A DNA stretch of 42,130 nt from a virus (taxonomy: Duplodnaviria > Heunggongvirae > Uroviricota > Caudoviricetes), in the IMG/VR virus record IMGVR_UViG_2917398303_000001, one strand, 5' to 3'. Positions 9,453 through 18,385 of the stretch are shown piece after piece. The stretch's first letter is position 1; every line of letters starts with the position of its first letter. Position numbers and translations under genes: made by a program. The notes beneath the pieces were generated by a model. It was given only the letters and a program-made list of their open reading frames with translations. It did not search any database and had not been told where the DNA came from.

Positions 9453-9998
9453 ATGACTATGCAACCACTTACATACCAACAGACTAGCGGATTTAGCCCG
9501 ACTGCGGTGATAAATCGTTCTCAAACAAAACAGGTGCCAGGCCACGAAAAAATCCGTGATGCCGTTCGCGCCTGGTCGGCTGCAGATAATCAGGATGTTG
9601 TTGCCGCACTCATTGTGAATGAGTATCGGGAGCAGGGCGGCGGCACCATCGATTTCCCTGATGATGTCAGCCGTGCACGCCAGAAGCTGTTCCGCTTCCT
9701 CGATAACAAATTCGATTCTGAAAAATACCGAAATAACGTGCGTGAACTGACCCCGGCAATTCTGGCGGTACTACCGCTGGAATATCGCGGTTACCTGGTT
9801 AAGCAGGATAGCTTCATGGCTCGGCTGGCTGAAATGGAAAAGGAACTCAGTGAAGCAAAACAGGCTGTCATTCTCAACGCGCCACGCCACCAGAAACTGA
9901 AGGAGATGAGTGAAGGCATTGTGTCGATGTTTCGTGTGGACCCGGATCTGGCTGGTCCATTGATGGCGATGGTCACCACCATGCTGGGGGCGATATGA
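9453..9998 (+). CDS. YdaT-family regulator (likely CII functional analogue)
   Basis: 181-aa ORF directly after cro where lambda has cII; recalled resemblance to Rac YdaT-type proteins (EYREQGGG ... PAILAVLP). Confidence 0.45.
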   Translation: MTMQPLTYQQTSGFSPTAVINRSQTKQVPGHEKIRDAVRAWSAADNQDVVAALIVNEYREQGGGTIDFPDDVSRARQKLFRFLDNKFDSEKYRNNVRELTPAILAVLPLEYRGYLVKQDSFMARLAEMEKELSEAKQAVILNAPRHQKLKEMSEGIVSMFRVDPDLAGPLMAMVTTMLGAI

Positions 9999-10084
9999 CA
10001 GGTTCAGAAATGGCGAAAGCCGGTCTGCTGGAACAGAACCGACTTTCAGGTGCAAATCGTAACGCACTCATTGCGGGAGGAATT

Positions 10085-11014
10085 ATGGCAAACACTGCTG
10101 AGATATTCAATTTTCCAGTGCCGGATGTGGCACAAAAGGAGCCGCGCGTGGCAGATCTCGATGATGGTTATACGCGCATTGCAAATGAGTTGCTGGAAGC
10201 TGTGATGCTGGCCGGATTAACACAGCACCAGCTTCTGGTCTTCCTGGCTGTCATGCGCAAAACATATGGCTTTAATAAAAAACTGGATTGGGTGAGCAAC
10301 GAGCAACTTTCCGAGTTGACCGGGATATTGCCGCACAAGTGTTCTGCTGCAAAAAGTGTTCTGGTAAAGCGTGGGATTTTTATTCAGAGCGGGCGGAATA
10401 TCGGCATCAATAATGTGGTCAGTGAATGGTCAACATTACCCGAATCAGGTAAGAAAAATAAAGTTTACCTGAAAGAGGTAAATTTACCTGAATCAGGTAA
10501 GAAAAGTTTACCTAAATCAGGTAAAGGCGTTTACCCGAATCAGGTAAACACAAAAGACAAACTAACAAAAGACAATATAAAACCTTTTTCGTCCGAGAAT
10601 TCTGGCGAATCCTCTGACCAGCCAGAAAACGATCTTCCTGTGGAGAAACCGAATGCTGCAATTCAGAGCGGCAGCAAGTGGGGGACAGCAGAAGACCTGA
10701 CCGCCGCAGAGTGGATGTTTGACATGGTGAAGACCATCGCGCCATCAGCCAGAAAACCGAATTTTGCAGGGTGGGCTAACGATATCCGCCTGATGCGTGA
10801 ACGTGACGGACGTAACCACCGCGACATGTGCGTGCTGTTCCGCTGGGCATGCCAGGACAACTTCTGGTCCGGTAACGTGCTGAGTCCGGCCAAACTCCGC
10901 GACAAGTGGACCCAGCTCGAAATCAACCGAAACAAGCAACAGGCTGGCGTGACAGCCGGCAAGCCAAAACTCGACCTGACGAACACTGACTGGATTTACG
11001 GGGTGGAGCTATGA
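10085..11014 (+). CDS. O: replication initiator O (non-lambda N-terminal ori-binding domain, lambda-type C-terminal domain)
   Basis: ATG at 10085 after GGGAGG RBS (MANTAEIFNF...); C-terminal 110 aa match lambda O; iterons lie inside the gene. Confidence 0.9.
   Translation: MANTAEIFNFPVPDVAQKEPRVADLDDGYTRIANELLEAVMLAGLTQHQLLVFLAVMRKTYGFNKKLDWVSNEQLSELTGILPHKCSAAKSVLVKRGIFIQSGRNIGINNVVSEWSTLPESGKKNKVYLKEVNLPESGKKSLPKSGKGVYPNQVNTKDKLTKDNIKPFSSENSGESSDQPENDLPVEKPNAAIQSGSKWGTAEDLTAAEWMFDMVKTIAPSARKPNFAGWANDIRLMRERDGRNHRDMCVLFRWACQDNFWSGNVLSPAKLRDKWTQLEINRNKQQAGVTAGKPKLDLTNTDWIYGVEL
10436..10590 (+). repeat. replication origin: five 17-18-bp iterons (TTTACCYGAATCAGGTAA) followed by an AT-rich stretch
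   Basis: Direct repeats at 10436-10452, 10464-10481 (degenerate), 10483-10500, 10507-10524 and 10530-10547, then ACACAAAAGACAAACTAACAAAAGACAATATAAAACC; same architecture as ori-lambda inside O. Confidence 0.8.
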
Positions 11015-11712
11015 AAAACATCGCCGCACAGATGGTTAATTTTGACCGTGAGCAGATGCGCCGGATCGCCAATAACATGCCGGAACAGTACGACGAAAAG
11101 CCGCAGGTACAGCAGGTAGCGCAGATTATCAATGGTGTGTTCAGCCAGTTACTGGCAACTTTCCCGGCGAGCCTGGCTAACCGGGACCAGAATGAACTGA
11201 ACGAAATCCGCCGCCAGTGGGTTCTGGCTTTCCGGGAAAATGGGATCACCACGATGGAACAGGTTAACGCTGGAATGCGCGTAGCCCGTCGGCAGAATCG
11301 ACCATTCCTGCCATCACCCGGGCAGTTTGTCGCCTGGTGCCGGGAAGAAGCATCCGTTATTGCCGGACTGCCAAACGCCAGCGAGCTGGTTGATATGGTT
11401 TACGAGTATTGCCGGAAGCGTGGACTGTATCCAGATGCAGAGTCTTATCCGTGGAAATCAAACGCGCACTACTGGCTGGTTACCAATCTGTACCAGAACA
11501 TGCGGGCCAATGCGTTGACTGACGCGGAATTACGGCGCAAGGCTGCCGATGAACTGTCCTGTATGACCGCGCGAATTAACCGTGGTGAGGCTATACCTGA
11601 ACCAGTAAAACAACTTCCTGTCATGGGCGGTAGACCTCTAAATCGTGCACAGGCTCTGGCGAAGATCGCAGAAATCAAAGCTAAGTTCGGACTGAAAGGA
11701 GCCAGTGTATGA
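11011..11712 (+). CDS. P: replication protein P (DnaB helicase loader)
   Basis: 233-aa ORF near-identical to lambda P (MKNIAAQMVNFDREQMRRIANNMPEQYDEKPQVQQVAQIINGVF...); start overlaps the O stop. Confidence 0.97.
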   Translation: MKNIAAQMVNFDREQMRRIANNMPEQYDEKPQVQQVAQIINGVFSQLLATFPASLANRDQNELNEIRRQWVLAFRENGITTMEQVNAGMRVARRQNRPFLPSPGQFVAWCREEASVIAGLPNASELVDMVYEYCRKRGLYPDAESYPWKSNAHYWLVTNLYQNMRANALTDAELRRKAADELSCMTARINRGEAIPEPVKQLPVMGGRPLNRAQALAKIAEIKAKFGLKGASV

Positions 11713-12002
11713 CGGGAAAAGAAGCAATTATTCATTACCTGGGGACGCATAAGAGCTTCTGTGCGCAGGACGTTGCTGCGGTAACAGGCGCAACAGTAAC
11801 CAGCATAAATCAGGCTGCGGCTAAAATGGCGCGGACAGGAATCTTAGTCATTGATGGTAAGGTCTGGCGAACGGTGTATTACCGGTTCGCTACCAGGGAA
11901 GAACGGGAAGGAAAGGTGAGCACGAATCTGATTTTCAAGGAGTGTCGCCAGAGTGCCGCGATGAAGCGGGTGTTGGCATTTTATCGCGGCAATTTTCAAT
12001 AG
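11709..12002 (+). CDS. ren: Ren (rex-exclusion resistance)
   Basis: 97-aa ORF matching lambda Ren (MTGKEAIIHYLGTH...GKVWRTVYYRFATREEREGK...). Confidence 0.9.
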   Translation: MTGKEAIIHYLGTHKSFCAQDVAAVTGATVTSINQAAAKMARTGILVIDGKVWRTVYYRFATREEREGKVSTNLIFKECRQSAAMKRVLAFYRGNFQ

Positions 12003-12039
12003 ACTATGTACATAAAAATATCATTTTTTTAATACATGT

Positions 12040-12231
12040 CTAATTATTGGACGAAATTGGTTTTTGCTTTGGTTTAGTTAGCCTAGCAATCAAGCCAGAG
12101 GCAATAATGATGATCCAAGCAATTTGATGCAATGCTACTCCAATATAAGAACCTTTATAGATAATAAAGGCATAGATCGCTAGAAACGAAATAAATATCC
12201 ATAACGAAAGTTGATAAATTTTGGCGCGCAT
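12040..12231 (-). CDS. small hydrophobic protein (63 aa, 2 predicted TM helices)
   Basis: ATG at 12231; two hydrophobic segments; lies in an AT-rich island; no RBS or homology verified. Confidence 0.3.
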   Translation of the reverse strand: MRAKIYQLSLWIFISFLAIYAFIIYKGSYIGVALHQIAWIIIIASGLIARLTKPKQKPISSNN

Positions 12232-12487
12232 ATTTAATCCAATCAATCAGAAAGACGAGTAATCATAGAGGTACTATCACCCGGGTAACTATTGCTATTA
12301 TGAACGGATAGGATAGAGGCTTCAATAACATATGCATCAAGTATGATGGAATATGTAGATGAAAATGACTTGTGTCAAATTTGTGGAAATGAGTACCATG
12401 TTTCTCTGAAATTGATGTCGTTAATGGCTAGTGATAGTGAACTTTTTTACTTTATAATTCCTTTGGTTATAACAATAAGGTAAATTT

Positions 12488-13048
12488 ATGAAGAAGATAA
12501 TATTATTAGCCATGATTATTGGTTCTTTAACAGGTTGCGCTAGTGTGCCACCATTGAATTTTTCAACACCTAACGTGGGAGTTAGCCAGAAAAAAATAGA
12601 TGCTGAAATTAAGTCATTAACGGTATCACTTGCTCGTCCAGATGAGCAGAAAGGGGATATCACTGCTGGTATGGAGGCTATAACTCCAATTTGGCGTGAA
12701 TCTTTGCAGGAAGCACTCGACCGAATGACTATTTTTCGTGATAGTTCACCAAATACGGTTAGCTTAAATGTTAAAGTGTTGGCTCTTGACGTTCCTGCTT
12801 TTGGTGTTTCAATGACAACTAAAGCAATTGCAAGGTATGAAATAATCAACCGTGCGAATGGTGATATTATATATACGCAGGATATTGAGTCTACCGGTAC
12901 TGTTCCAGCCAGTTACGCATTCTACGGTATTGTTCGAGCACGCGAATCTGTTAATCGCGCGGTGCAAAACAACATAACGCAGTTCTTGCAAGCATTAGAA
13001 AGTGTTGATCTTTCTCGTCCAATGTTTCCTGTTAGGGTAGCTAAATGA
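12488..13048 (+). CDS. lipoprotein (186 aa), unknown function
   Basis: Signal peptide with lipobox MKKIILLAMIIGSLTGC; AT-rich codon usage unlike flanking phage genes. Confidence 0.7.
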   Translation: MKKIILLAMIIGSLTGCASVPPLNFSTPNVGVSQKKIDAEIKSLTVSLARPDEQKGDITAGMEAITPIWRESLQEALDRMTIFRDSSPNTVSLNVKVLALDVPAFGVSMTTKAIARYEIINRANGDIIYTQDIESTGTVPASYAFYGIVRARESVNRAVQNNITQFLQALESVDLSRPMFPVRVAK

Positions 13049-13497
13049 AGCGATTATTCGTAATTGCTCCACTCTTAGTGTTGGTTGGATGCGCACAAAA
13101 TATATCGCCAAATAGTTATTCTGTTGGCTCTGTGGGCATGGTTAATCGAACTATCGCTGGTACAGTTATTAGTGCCAGGGGGGTTGATATCAGTGGGACT
13201 TCCGCGTTAGGCGGGACTGCTGGGGCTGCCGTGGGGGCAACCGCTGGTTCTGCGCTTGGTGGGGGAGTTCGTTCTAATATCGTTGGTGCCGTTGGTGGTG
13301 CAGTCATTGGTGGTATTGCCGGGGCAGCAATCGAATCTTCAGCAACAAAACAAACAGGCATGGAATATGTTGTCGAAACTGAGAATGGGAATTTAATGAC
13401 CATTGTTCAAGGCAAAGAGCCGTTATTTACTCAAGGAAGTAAGGTCCTTGTTTTATACGGAAACCCTTCTCGCATAATAACAGACCCGCGTCACTAA
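13045..13497 (+). CDS. SlyB-like glycine-zipper outer-membrane lipoprotein
   Basis: Lipobox LLVLVGC; central Gly/Ala-zipper (GGTAGAAVGATAGSALGGGVRSNIVGAVGGAVIGGIAGAAI); C-terminal segment resembles E. coli SlyB; overlaps the upstream lipoprotein stop. Confidence 0.7.
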   Translation: MKRLFVIAPLLVLVGCAQNISPNSYSVGSVGMVNRTIAGTVISARGVDISGTSALGGTAGAAVGATAGSALGGGVRSNIVGAVGGAVIGGIAGAAIESSATKQTGMEYVVETENGNLMTIVQGKEPLFTQGSKVLVLYGNPSRIITDPRH

Positions 13498-13687
13498 CAT
13501 ACCTTTTGATTTTGTAAAATCAATTCGTAATAATAAAGTCATCGGAGCTTGAACAACTCCGGTGACTTCTGCGCTAAACGGGGACGTTTATGCGCGCATA
13601 CAATCCAAACTCTCTTCTACCGTCACAGATGCAGAAATGCACCTGTGGTTCTTTGCATCCAACGTTTGACCTCTGCGGAGGTGAAGC

Positions 13688-14143
13688 GTGAACCTCCCAC
13701 AAGACGGCATCAAATTACATCGCGGCAACTTCACCGCTATCGGCCAGCAGATCCAGCCTTATCTGGAGGACGGAAAATGCTTTCGCATGGTGCTTAAACC
13801 GTGGCGTGAGAAACGCAGTCTTTCCCAGAATGCACTCAGCCACATGTGGTACAGCGAAATCAGTGAATACCTCATCAGCAGGGGGAAATCGTTCGCTACT
13901 GCAGTATGGGTAAAAGATGCACTCAAACACACATACCTCGGTTATGAAACCAAGGACCTGGTTGATGTCGTAACCGGCGAAATCACTACGATCCAGTCGT
14001 TACGCCATACCTCCGATCTTGATACCGGAGAGATGTATGTCTTCCTGTGTAAGGTTGAAGCCTGGGCGATGAATATTGGCTGCCACCTGACTATTCCGCA
14101 GAGCTGCGAGTTCCAGCTGCTGCGCGACAAGCAGGAGGCGTAA
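13688..14143 (+). CDS. YbcN-like protein (DLP12-type nin region)
   Basis: 151-aa ORF with GTG start after GAGGTG RBS; recalled near-identity to DLP12 YbcN. Confidence 0.75.
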   Translation: MNLPQDGIKLHRGNFTAIGQQIQPYLEDGKCFRMVLKPWREKRSLSQNALSHMWYSEISEYLISRGKSFATAVWVKDALKHTYLGYETKDLVDVVTGEITTIQSLRHTSDLDTGEMYVFLCKVEAWAMNIGCHLTIPQSCEFQLLRDKQEA

Positions 14144-14313
14144 TGGCTACACCGCTTATTCGTGTCATGAACGGACACATCTACAGAGTACCAAATCGTC
14201 GTAAGCGTAAGCCTGAGCTGAAACCATCCGAAATACCAACACTGCTCGGGTATACCGCCAGCCTGGTTGATAAAAAATGGTTGCGACTGGCAGCAAGGAG
14301 GAGTCATGGCTGA
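14143..14313 (+). CDS. ninE: NinE-like small basic protein (56 aa)
   Basis: Hand-translated ORF below track cutoff: [56 protein letters not shown]; ATG overlaps the preceding stop. Confidence 0.55.
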   Translation: MATPLIRVMNGHIYRVPNRRKRKPELKPSEIPTLLGYTASLVDKKWLRLAARRSHG

Positions 14314-14596
14314 TTTGAGAAAAGCAGCGTGTGGTCGGGAATGCCAGGTAAGAATCCCTGGCGTATGTAATGGCAACCCTGAAACGTCTGTACTGGCACA
14401 TATCCGGCTGGCTGGATTGTGCGGCACCGGTATTAAACCGCCAGACCTGATTGCCACCATTGCATGTTCTGCCTGTCACGATGAGATCGACCGTCGCACG
14501 AATTTTGTTGACGCTGGATATGCAAAAGAATGCGCGCTGGAAGGTATGGCGAGAACGCAGGTTATCTGGCTGAAAGAAGGGGTAATCAAGGCGTGA
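14306..14596 (+). CDS. YbcO-like (DUF1364) protein
   Basis: 96 aa from ATG at 14306 after AGGAGGA RBS; Cys-rich ([13 protein letters not shown]...CSACH); sits before rusA as in DLP12. Confidence 0.8.
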   Translation: MADLRKAACGRECQVRIPGVCNGNPETSVLAHIRLAGLCGTGIKPPDLIATIACSACHDEIDRRTNFVDAGYAKECALEGMARTQVIWLKEGVIKA

Positions 14597-14955
14597 ATAC
14601 TTACTACATCACACTACCCTGGCCGCCGAGCAATAACCGCTACTACCGCCATAATCGCGGGCGCACGCACATCAGCGCAGAGGGGCAGGTATACCGCGAT
14701 AACGTCGCCCGAATCATCAAAGGCTCCATGCTGGATATCGGTCTGGCTATGCCAGTGAAAATCCGTATTGAGTGCCACATGCCGGATCGCCGTCGCCGTG
14801 ACCTGGATAATCTGCAAAAAGCAGCTTTTGACGCACTCACCAAAGCAGGTTTCTGGCTGGATGATGCTCAGGTCGTTGATTATCGCGTTGTGAAAATGCC
14901 CGTTACCAAGGGTGGAAAGCTGGAACTGATCATCACCGAACTGGGGGATGAATGA
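14593..14955 (+). CDS. rusA: Holliday-junction resolvase RusA
   Basis: 120 aa from GTG at 14593, which overlaps the ybcO stop; sequence [25 protein letters not shown]...[28 protein letters not shown] matches RusA. Confidence 0.9.
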   Translation: MNTYYITLPWPPSNNRYYRHNRGRTHISAEGQVYRDNVARIIKGSMLDIGLAMPVKIRIECHMPDRRRRDLDNLQKAAFDALTKAGFWLDDAQVVDYRVVKMPVTKGGKLELIITELGDE

Positions 14956-15035
14956 TGTGTGAGTCATATATGGCAGAACTCCTTCGCTACCGCTGGGTGC
15001 GCCTGCGCTTATATCGTTTCCCGGTTCTGTTTTGA
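14952..15035 (+). CDS. very small ORF (27 aa) in the ylcG position
   Basis: [27 protein letters not shown]; ATG overlaps the rusA stop; identity to YlcG not verified. Confidence 0.25.
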   Translation: MMCESYMAELLRYRWVRLRLYRFPVLF

Positions 15036-15171
15036 CCGATTACCGGATACTGAAGAATTACGCCAAAACACTGGCAGAGACAATTGTATGAAGCCAGAGA
15101 TAACGATCGGTTGATGCCGTTTTATTGTTTTTTGCTGCCAATTGGCGTGCTGGTGTAAATGGAGAGCGAGA

Positions 15172-15924
15172 ATGAATCTTGAGGCCTTACCAAAATATTA
15201 CTCCCCAAAATCTCCAAAATTGAGCGATGACGCACCGGCGACAGACTCAGGTGGTTTATCAATTACGGATGTGATGGCTGCGCAGGGGATGGTGCAGTCG
15301 AAAGCACCGCTTGGGTTTGCCTTATTCCTGGCAAAAGTTGGTGTTCAGGACCCTCAGTTTGCGATTGAAGGTCTGCTCAATTACGCGATGGCACTGGATA
15401 ACCCGACATTGAATAAATTGAGTGCAGAAACACGGTTACAGATTATTCCTTACCTCGTGAATTTTGCCTTTGCTGATTATTCCAGGTCTGCGGCAAGTAA
15501 GGCTCGCTGTGAGCATTGTGCTGGTACGGGATTTCATAATGTATTGCGCGAAGTGGTGAAACATTCCAGAAGCGGGGAATCCGTTATCAAGGAAGAGTGG
15601 GTGAAGGAACTATGTCAGCATTGTCATGGTAAGGGAGAAGTCAGCACAGCGTGCAGAGGGTGTAAGGGTAAAGGTATTGTCCTGGATGAAAAAAGGACCC
15701 GGCTTCATGGCACGCCTGTTTATAAGATTTGTGGGCGTTGCAATGGAAACCGGTTTAGCCGTTTACCAACCACACTGGCGCGGCATCATGTCCAGAAACT
15801 GGTACCGGACCTGACGGATTATCAGTGGTACAAGGGGTATGCTGATGTTATTGATAAACTGGTTACAAAGTGCTGGCAGGAAGAAGCATATGCAGAAGCA
15901 CAGTTGAGAAAAGTGACAAGATAA
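15172..15924 (+). CDS. late-gene antiterminator Q (DLP12/phage 82 type)
   Basis: 250 aa from ATG at 15172; multiple CxxC zinc motifs (CEHCAGTG, CQHCHGKG, CRGCKGKG, CGRCNGN); followed by a promoter and early terminator as expected for PR'/qut/tR'. Confidence 0.8.
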   Translation: MNLEALPKYYSPKSPKLSDDAPATDSGGLSITDVMAAQGMVQSKAPLGFALFLAKVGVQDPQFAIEGLLNYAMALDNPTLNKLSAETRLQIIPYLVNFAFADYSRSAASKARCEHCAGTGFHNVLREVVKHSRSGESVIKEEWVKELCQHCHGKGEVSTACRGCKGKGIVLDEKRTRLHGTPVYKICGRCNGNRFSRLPTTLARHHVQKLVPDLTDYQWYKGYADVIDKLVTKCWQEEAYAEAQLRKVTR

Positions 15925-15955
15925 ATAATTTTCGCCGAAGATATCGACATGATGC

Positions 15956-15990
15956 TTGCATTTTTCAAAAAATATGGATAGGATTTTCTC
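15956..15990 (+). promoter_or_regulatory. candidate late promoter PR' (Q-dependent)
   Basis: TTGCAT (15956-15961), 17-nt spacer, TAGGAT (15979-15984), immediately downstream of Q and upstream of a terminator. Confidence 0.45.
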
Positions 15991-16031
15991 AACGATGGGC
16001 TTTGTATGTCCGGTGTTGAGAAAAAGTAGAA

Positions 16032-16058
16032 AACCCGCTAATGAGCGGGTTTTTGTGT
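16032..16058 (+). terminator. tR'-like intrinsic terminator
   Basis: Stem ACCCGC / GCGGGT with loop TAATGA, then TTTTTGTGTTTT. Confidence 0.7.
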
Positions 16059-16292
16059 TTTAAATGGGGAGGTGGCTGGATGTCTAAAATAAACATTGCT
16101 TCCAAGTGTACAACTATGCGTTAATGGCTGCGTCGGTTTGAAGAACAGACGATATACGAAGTAGTTTACTAAAGCAGTTCTCATTTCAGGTGTTATTCAC
16201 TTATTCCTTCTTTGAGTCTCTCCAATTAAGTACGAAGTCGTTTCTGTTATACAAATCATTTATGCCGAAAGGCTCAAGTTAAGGAATGTAGA

Positions 16293-16508
16293 ATGTCAAA
16301 TAAAATGACTGGTTTAGTAAAATGGTTTAACGCTGATAAAGGTTTTGGCTTTATTTCTCCTGTTGATGGTAGTAAAGATGTGTTTGTGCATTTTTCTGCA
16401 ATTCAGAATGATAATTATCGAACCTTATTTGAAGGCCAAAAGGTTACCTTCTCTGTAGAGAGTGGTGCTAAAGGTCCTGCAGCAGCAAATGTCATTATTA
16501 CTGATTAA
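16293..16508 (+). CDS. CspA-family cold-shock protein
   Basis: 71-aa ORF with RNP motifs ([12 protein letters not shown]; VFVHFSAI); about 230-nt upstream leader, as is usual for csp genes. Confidence 0.9.
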   Translation: MSNKMTGLVKWFNADKGFGFISPVDGSKDVFVHFSAIQNDNYRTLFEGQKVTFSVESGAKGPAAANVIITD

Positions 16509-16708
16509 AATTCATAGCTTGTCTGTATACGATAACGAAGAAGGCTGATGCCTGAGTAGAGATGCAGATAGAGTTGTGGGTATTGAATCCCATTTTGTGG
16601 TGAAGTGCAGGTTTGCTGCATGAATAGTTTTACAGTAGAAGCTAACTGCTGGCATAGCAATACAAAGTGCGTAAGTGGGTAACTACCACAAAAAGCACCA
16701 CAATCTCA

Positions 16709-16731
16709 AACCCGCGCAGGCGGGTTTTTTA
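16709..16731 (+). terminator. intrinsic terminator downstream of csp
   Basis: Stem CCCGC / GCGGG with loop GCAG, followed by TTTTTT. Confidence 0.6.
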
Positions 16732-16789
16732 TTATCTGATTTAAATATATTATTAAAATATAAAAACTCTTTGTAAGTAATCAAAACAC

Positions 16790-16960
16790 TCAGGCAACAG
16801 CTTTAAGATTTGTTTGGAATACTTTGTTGCAATGAGGGCAGATCAAAAGGGCACCTTTTTGTACTCTAGAAAAACTGTGTTCTGATTCTTGGGTACAGTG
16901 TGGGCAGGAACATTTTACGAGATAATTACGGCGTGATTTTGAGTCTTTACGTTCTGACAT
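16790..16960 (-). CDS. small zinc-ribbon protein (56 aa)
   Basis: Hand-translated: MSERKDSKSRRNYLVKCSCPHCTQESEHSFSRVQKGALLICPHCNKVFQTNLKAVA, with two CxxC pairs; below track cutoff. Confidence 0.35.
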   Translation of the reverse strand: MSERKDSKSRRNYLVKCSCPHCTQESEHSFSRVQKGALLICPHCNKVFQTNLKAVA

Positions 16961-17181
16961 AGGCTTTTCCTGTATAAATGGCCGTATACATTACACTAAA
17001 TAGAAAAATATATCCCGCATTATTATTTAATAGATGGTTTTTCTTTTAAAATATTTAACCACATTATTTTAATTTTCTGTTTTTTGAGCGTCGTTGAGAA
17101 CAACGTTTGCTGTAAAAACTAACCCGTAGACTCCGATCTTTTCAAACATATTGCACCATCCGTGTACATCGGGGTGAGGAT

Positions 17182-17397
17182 ATGAAATCAATGGATAAGT
17201 TAACAACAGGTGTCGCCTATGGCACCTCTGCAGGCAGTGCTGGCTACTGGTTTTTACAGTTGCTCGATAAAGTCACGCCATCACAGTGGGCGGCAATAGG
17301 TGTGCTGGGTAGTCTGGTATTTGGCCTGCTGACGTACCTGACAAACCTTTATTTCAAGATTAAAGAAGATAAGCGTAAGGCTGCGAGAGGTGAATAA
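17182..17397 (+). CDS. S: class II holin (phage 21 S-type pinholin) with dual-start motif
   Basis: 71 aa, MKSMDK dual-start, two TM helices, charged C-terminus; matches S21. Confidence 0.9.
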
Positions 17398-17894
17398 TGT
17401 CGCCATCATTACGCAAGGCTGTTGCAGCTGCTATTGGTGGTGGGGCTGTTGCCATAGCGTCTGTGCTCATCACTGGTCCGAGTGGTGACGATGGTCTGGA
17501 AGGTGTCAGCTACATACCATATAAAGATATCGTTGGCGTATGGACTGTATGTTACGGGCACACCGGAAAAGACATTATGCTCGGTAAAACGTATACCGAA
17601 GCAGAATGCAAAGCCCTCCTGAATAAAGACCTTGCCACTGTCGCCAGACAAATTAACCCGTACATCAAAGTCGATATACCGGAAACAACGCGCGGCGCTC
17701 TTTACTCGTTCGTCTATAACGTGGGCGCAGGCAATTTCAGAACATCTACTCTTCTTCGCAAAATAAACCAGGGCGATATCAAGGGCGCATGTGACCAGCT
17801 ACGTCGCTGGACATACGCTGGCGGTAAGCAATGGAAAGGCCTGATGACTCGTCGTGAGATTGAGCGTGAGGTCTGTTTGTGGGGGCAACAATGA
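17397..17894 (+). CDS. R: SAR endolysin (phage lysozyme, T4-lysozyme-like fold)
   Basis: 165 aa; N-terminal Gly/Ala-rich signal-anchor-release segment ([20 protein letters not shown]) then lysozyme domain; start overlaps the holin stop. Confidence 0.9.
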   Translation: MSPSLRKAVAAAIGGGAVAIASVLITGPSGDDGLEGVSYIPYKDIVGVWTVCYGHTGKDIMLGKTYTEAECKALLNKDLATVARQINPYIKVDIPETTRGALYSFVYNVGAGNFRTSTLLRKINQGDIKGACDQLRRWTYAGGKQWKGLMTRREIEREVCLWGQQ

Positions 17895-18328
17895 GCAGAG
17901 TCACCGCGATTATCTCCGCTCTGGTTATCTGCATCATCGTCTGTCTGTCATGGGCTGTTAATCATTACCGTGATAACGCCATCACCTACAAAAAGCAGCG
18001 TGATAAGGCCGCATCCATTATCGCTGACATGCAGAAGCGTCAACGTGATGTAGCAGAACTCGACGCCAGATATACAAAGGAGCTTGCTGATGCTAACGCG
18101 ACTATCGAAAGTCTTCGTGCTGATGTTTCTGCTGGGCGTAAGCGCCTGCAAGTCGCCGCCACCTGTGCAAAGTCAACGACCGGAGCCAGCGGCATGGGCG
18201 ATGGAGAAAGCCCAAGACTTACAGCAGATGCTGAACTCAATTATTACCGTCTCCGAAGTGGAATCGACAAGATAACCGCGCAGGTTAACTACCTGCAGGA
18301 GTACATCAGGACGCAATGCCTGAAATAA
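17891..18328 (+). CDS. Rz: i-spanin Rz
   Basis: ATG at 17891; N-terminal TM helix then coiled coil; contains the embedded Rz1 frame. Confidence 0.85.
   Translation: MSRVTAIISALVICIIVCLSWAVNHYRDNAITYKKQRDKAASIIADMQKRQRDVAELDARYTKELADANATIESLRADVSAGRKRLQVAATCAKSTTGASGMGDGESPRLTADAELNYYRLRSGIDKITAQVNYLQEYIRTQCLK
18084..18275 (+). CDS. Rz1: o-spanin Rz1 (lipoprotein embedded in the +1 frame of Rz)
   Basis: 63-aa ORF entirely within Rz; lipobox LLGVSAC; proline-rich mature region. Confidence 0.75.
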   Translation: MLMLTRLSKVFVLMFLLGVSACKSPPPVQSQRPEPAAWAMEKAQDLQQMLNSIITVSEVESTR

Positions 18329-18360
18329 TTTTTTTGCAAATCACAAAGTCAATTTAATGA

Positions 18361-18385
18361 GCCTCGCGATGCGGGGCTTTTTTAT
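18361..18385 (+). terminator. intrinsic terminator after the lysis cassette
   Basis: Stem GCCUCGC / GCGGGGC (one G-U pair), loop GAU, then UUUUUUAU. Confidence 0.6.

Noticed and set aside
10436-10547. Possible CRISPR-like array (regularly spaced direct repeats)
   Set aside because: Repeats are 17-18 bp with spacers of only 2-12 bp, lie inside the O coding frame and are followed by an AT-rich tract: these are origin iterons, not a CRISPR array.
12421-12849. 142-aa minus-strand ORF
   Set aside because: Overlaps the plus-strand lipoprotein gene, which has a clear signal peptide, lipobox and RBS; the antisense ORF lacks these.
15038-15171. Tiny ORF (ATGAAGCCAGAGATAACGATCGGTTGA) between the ylcG-like ORF and Q
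   Set aside because: Only 8 codons and no RBS; considered noise.
16570-16600. tRNA-like T-loop resemblance (GGGTATTGAATCCC) in the csp 3' region
   Set aside because: No acceptor stem, D-arm or anticodon arm can be built; the T-loop consensus GTTCRA is not met. Stx-type phages often carry tRNAs here, but none is supported in this sequence.
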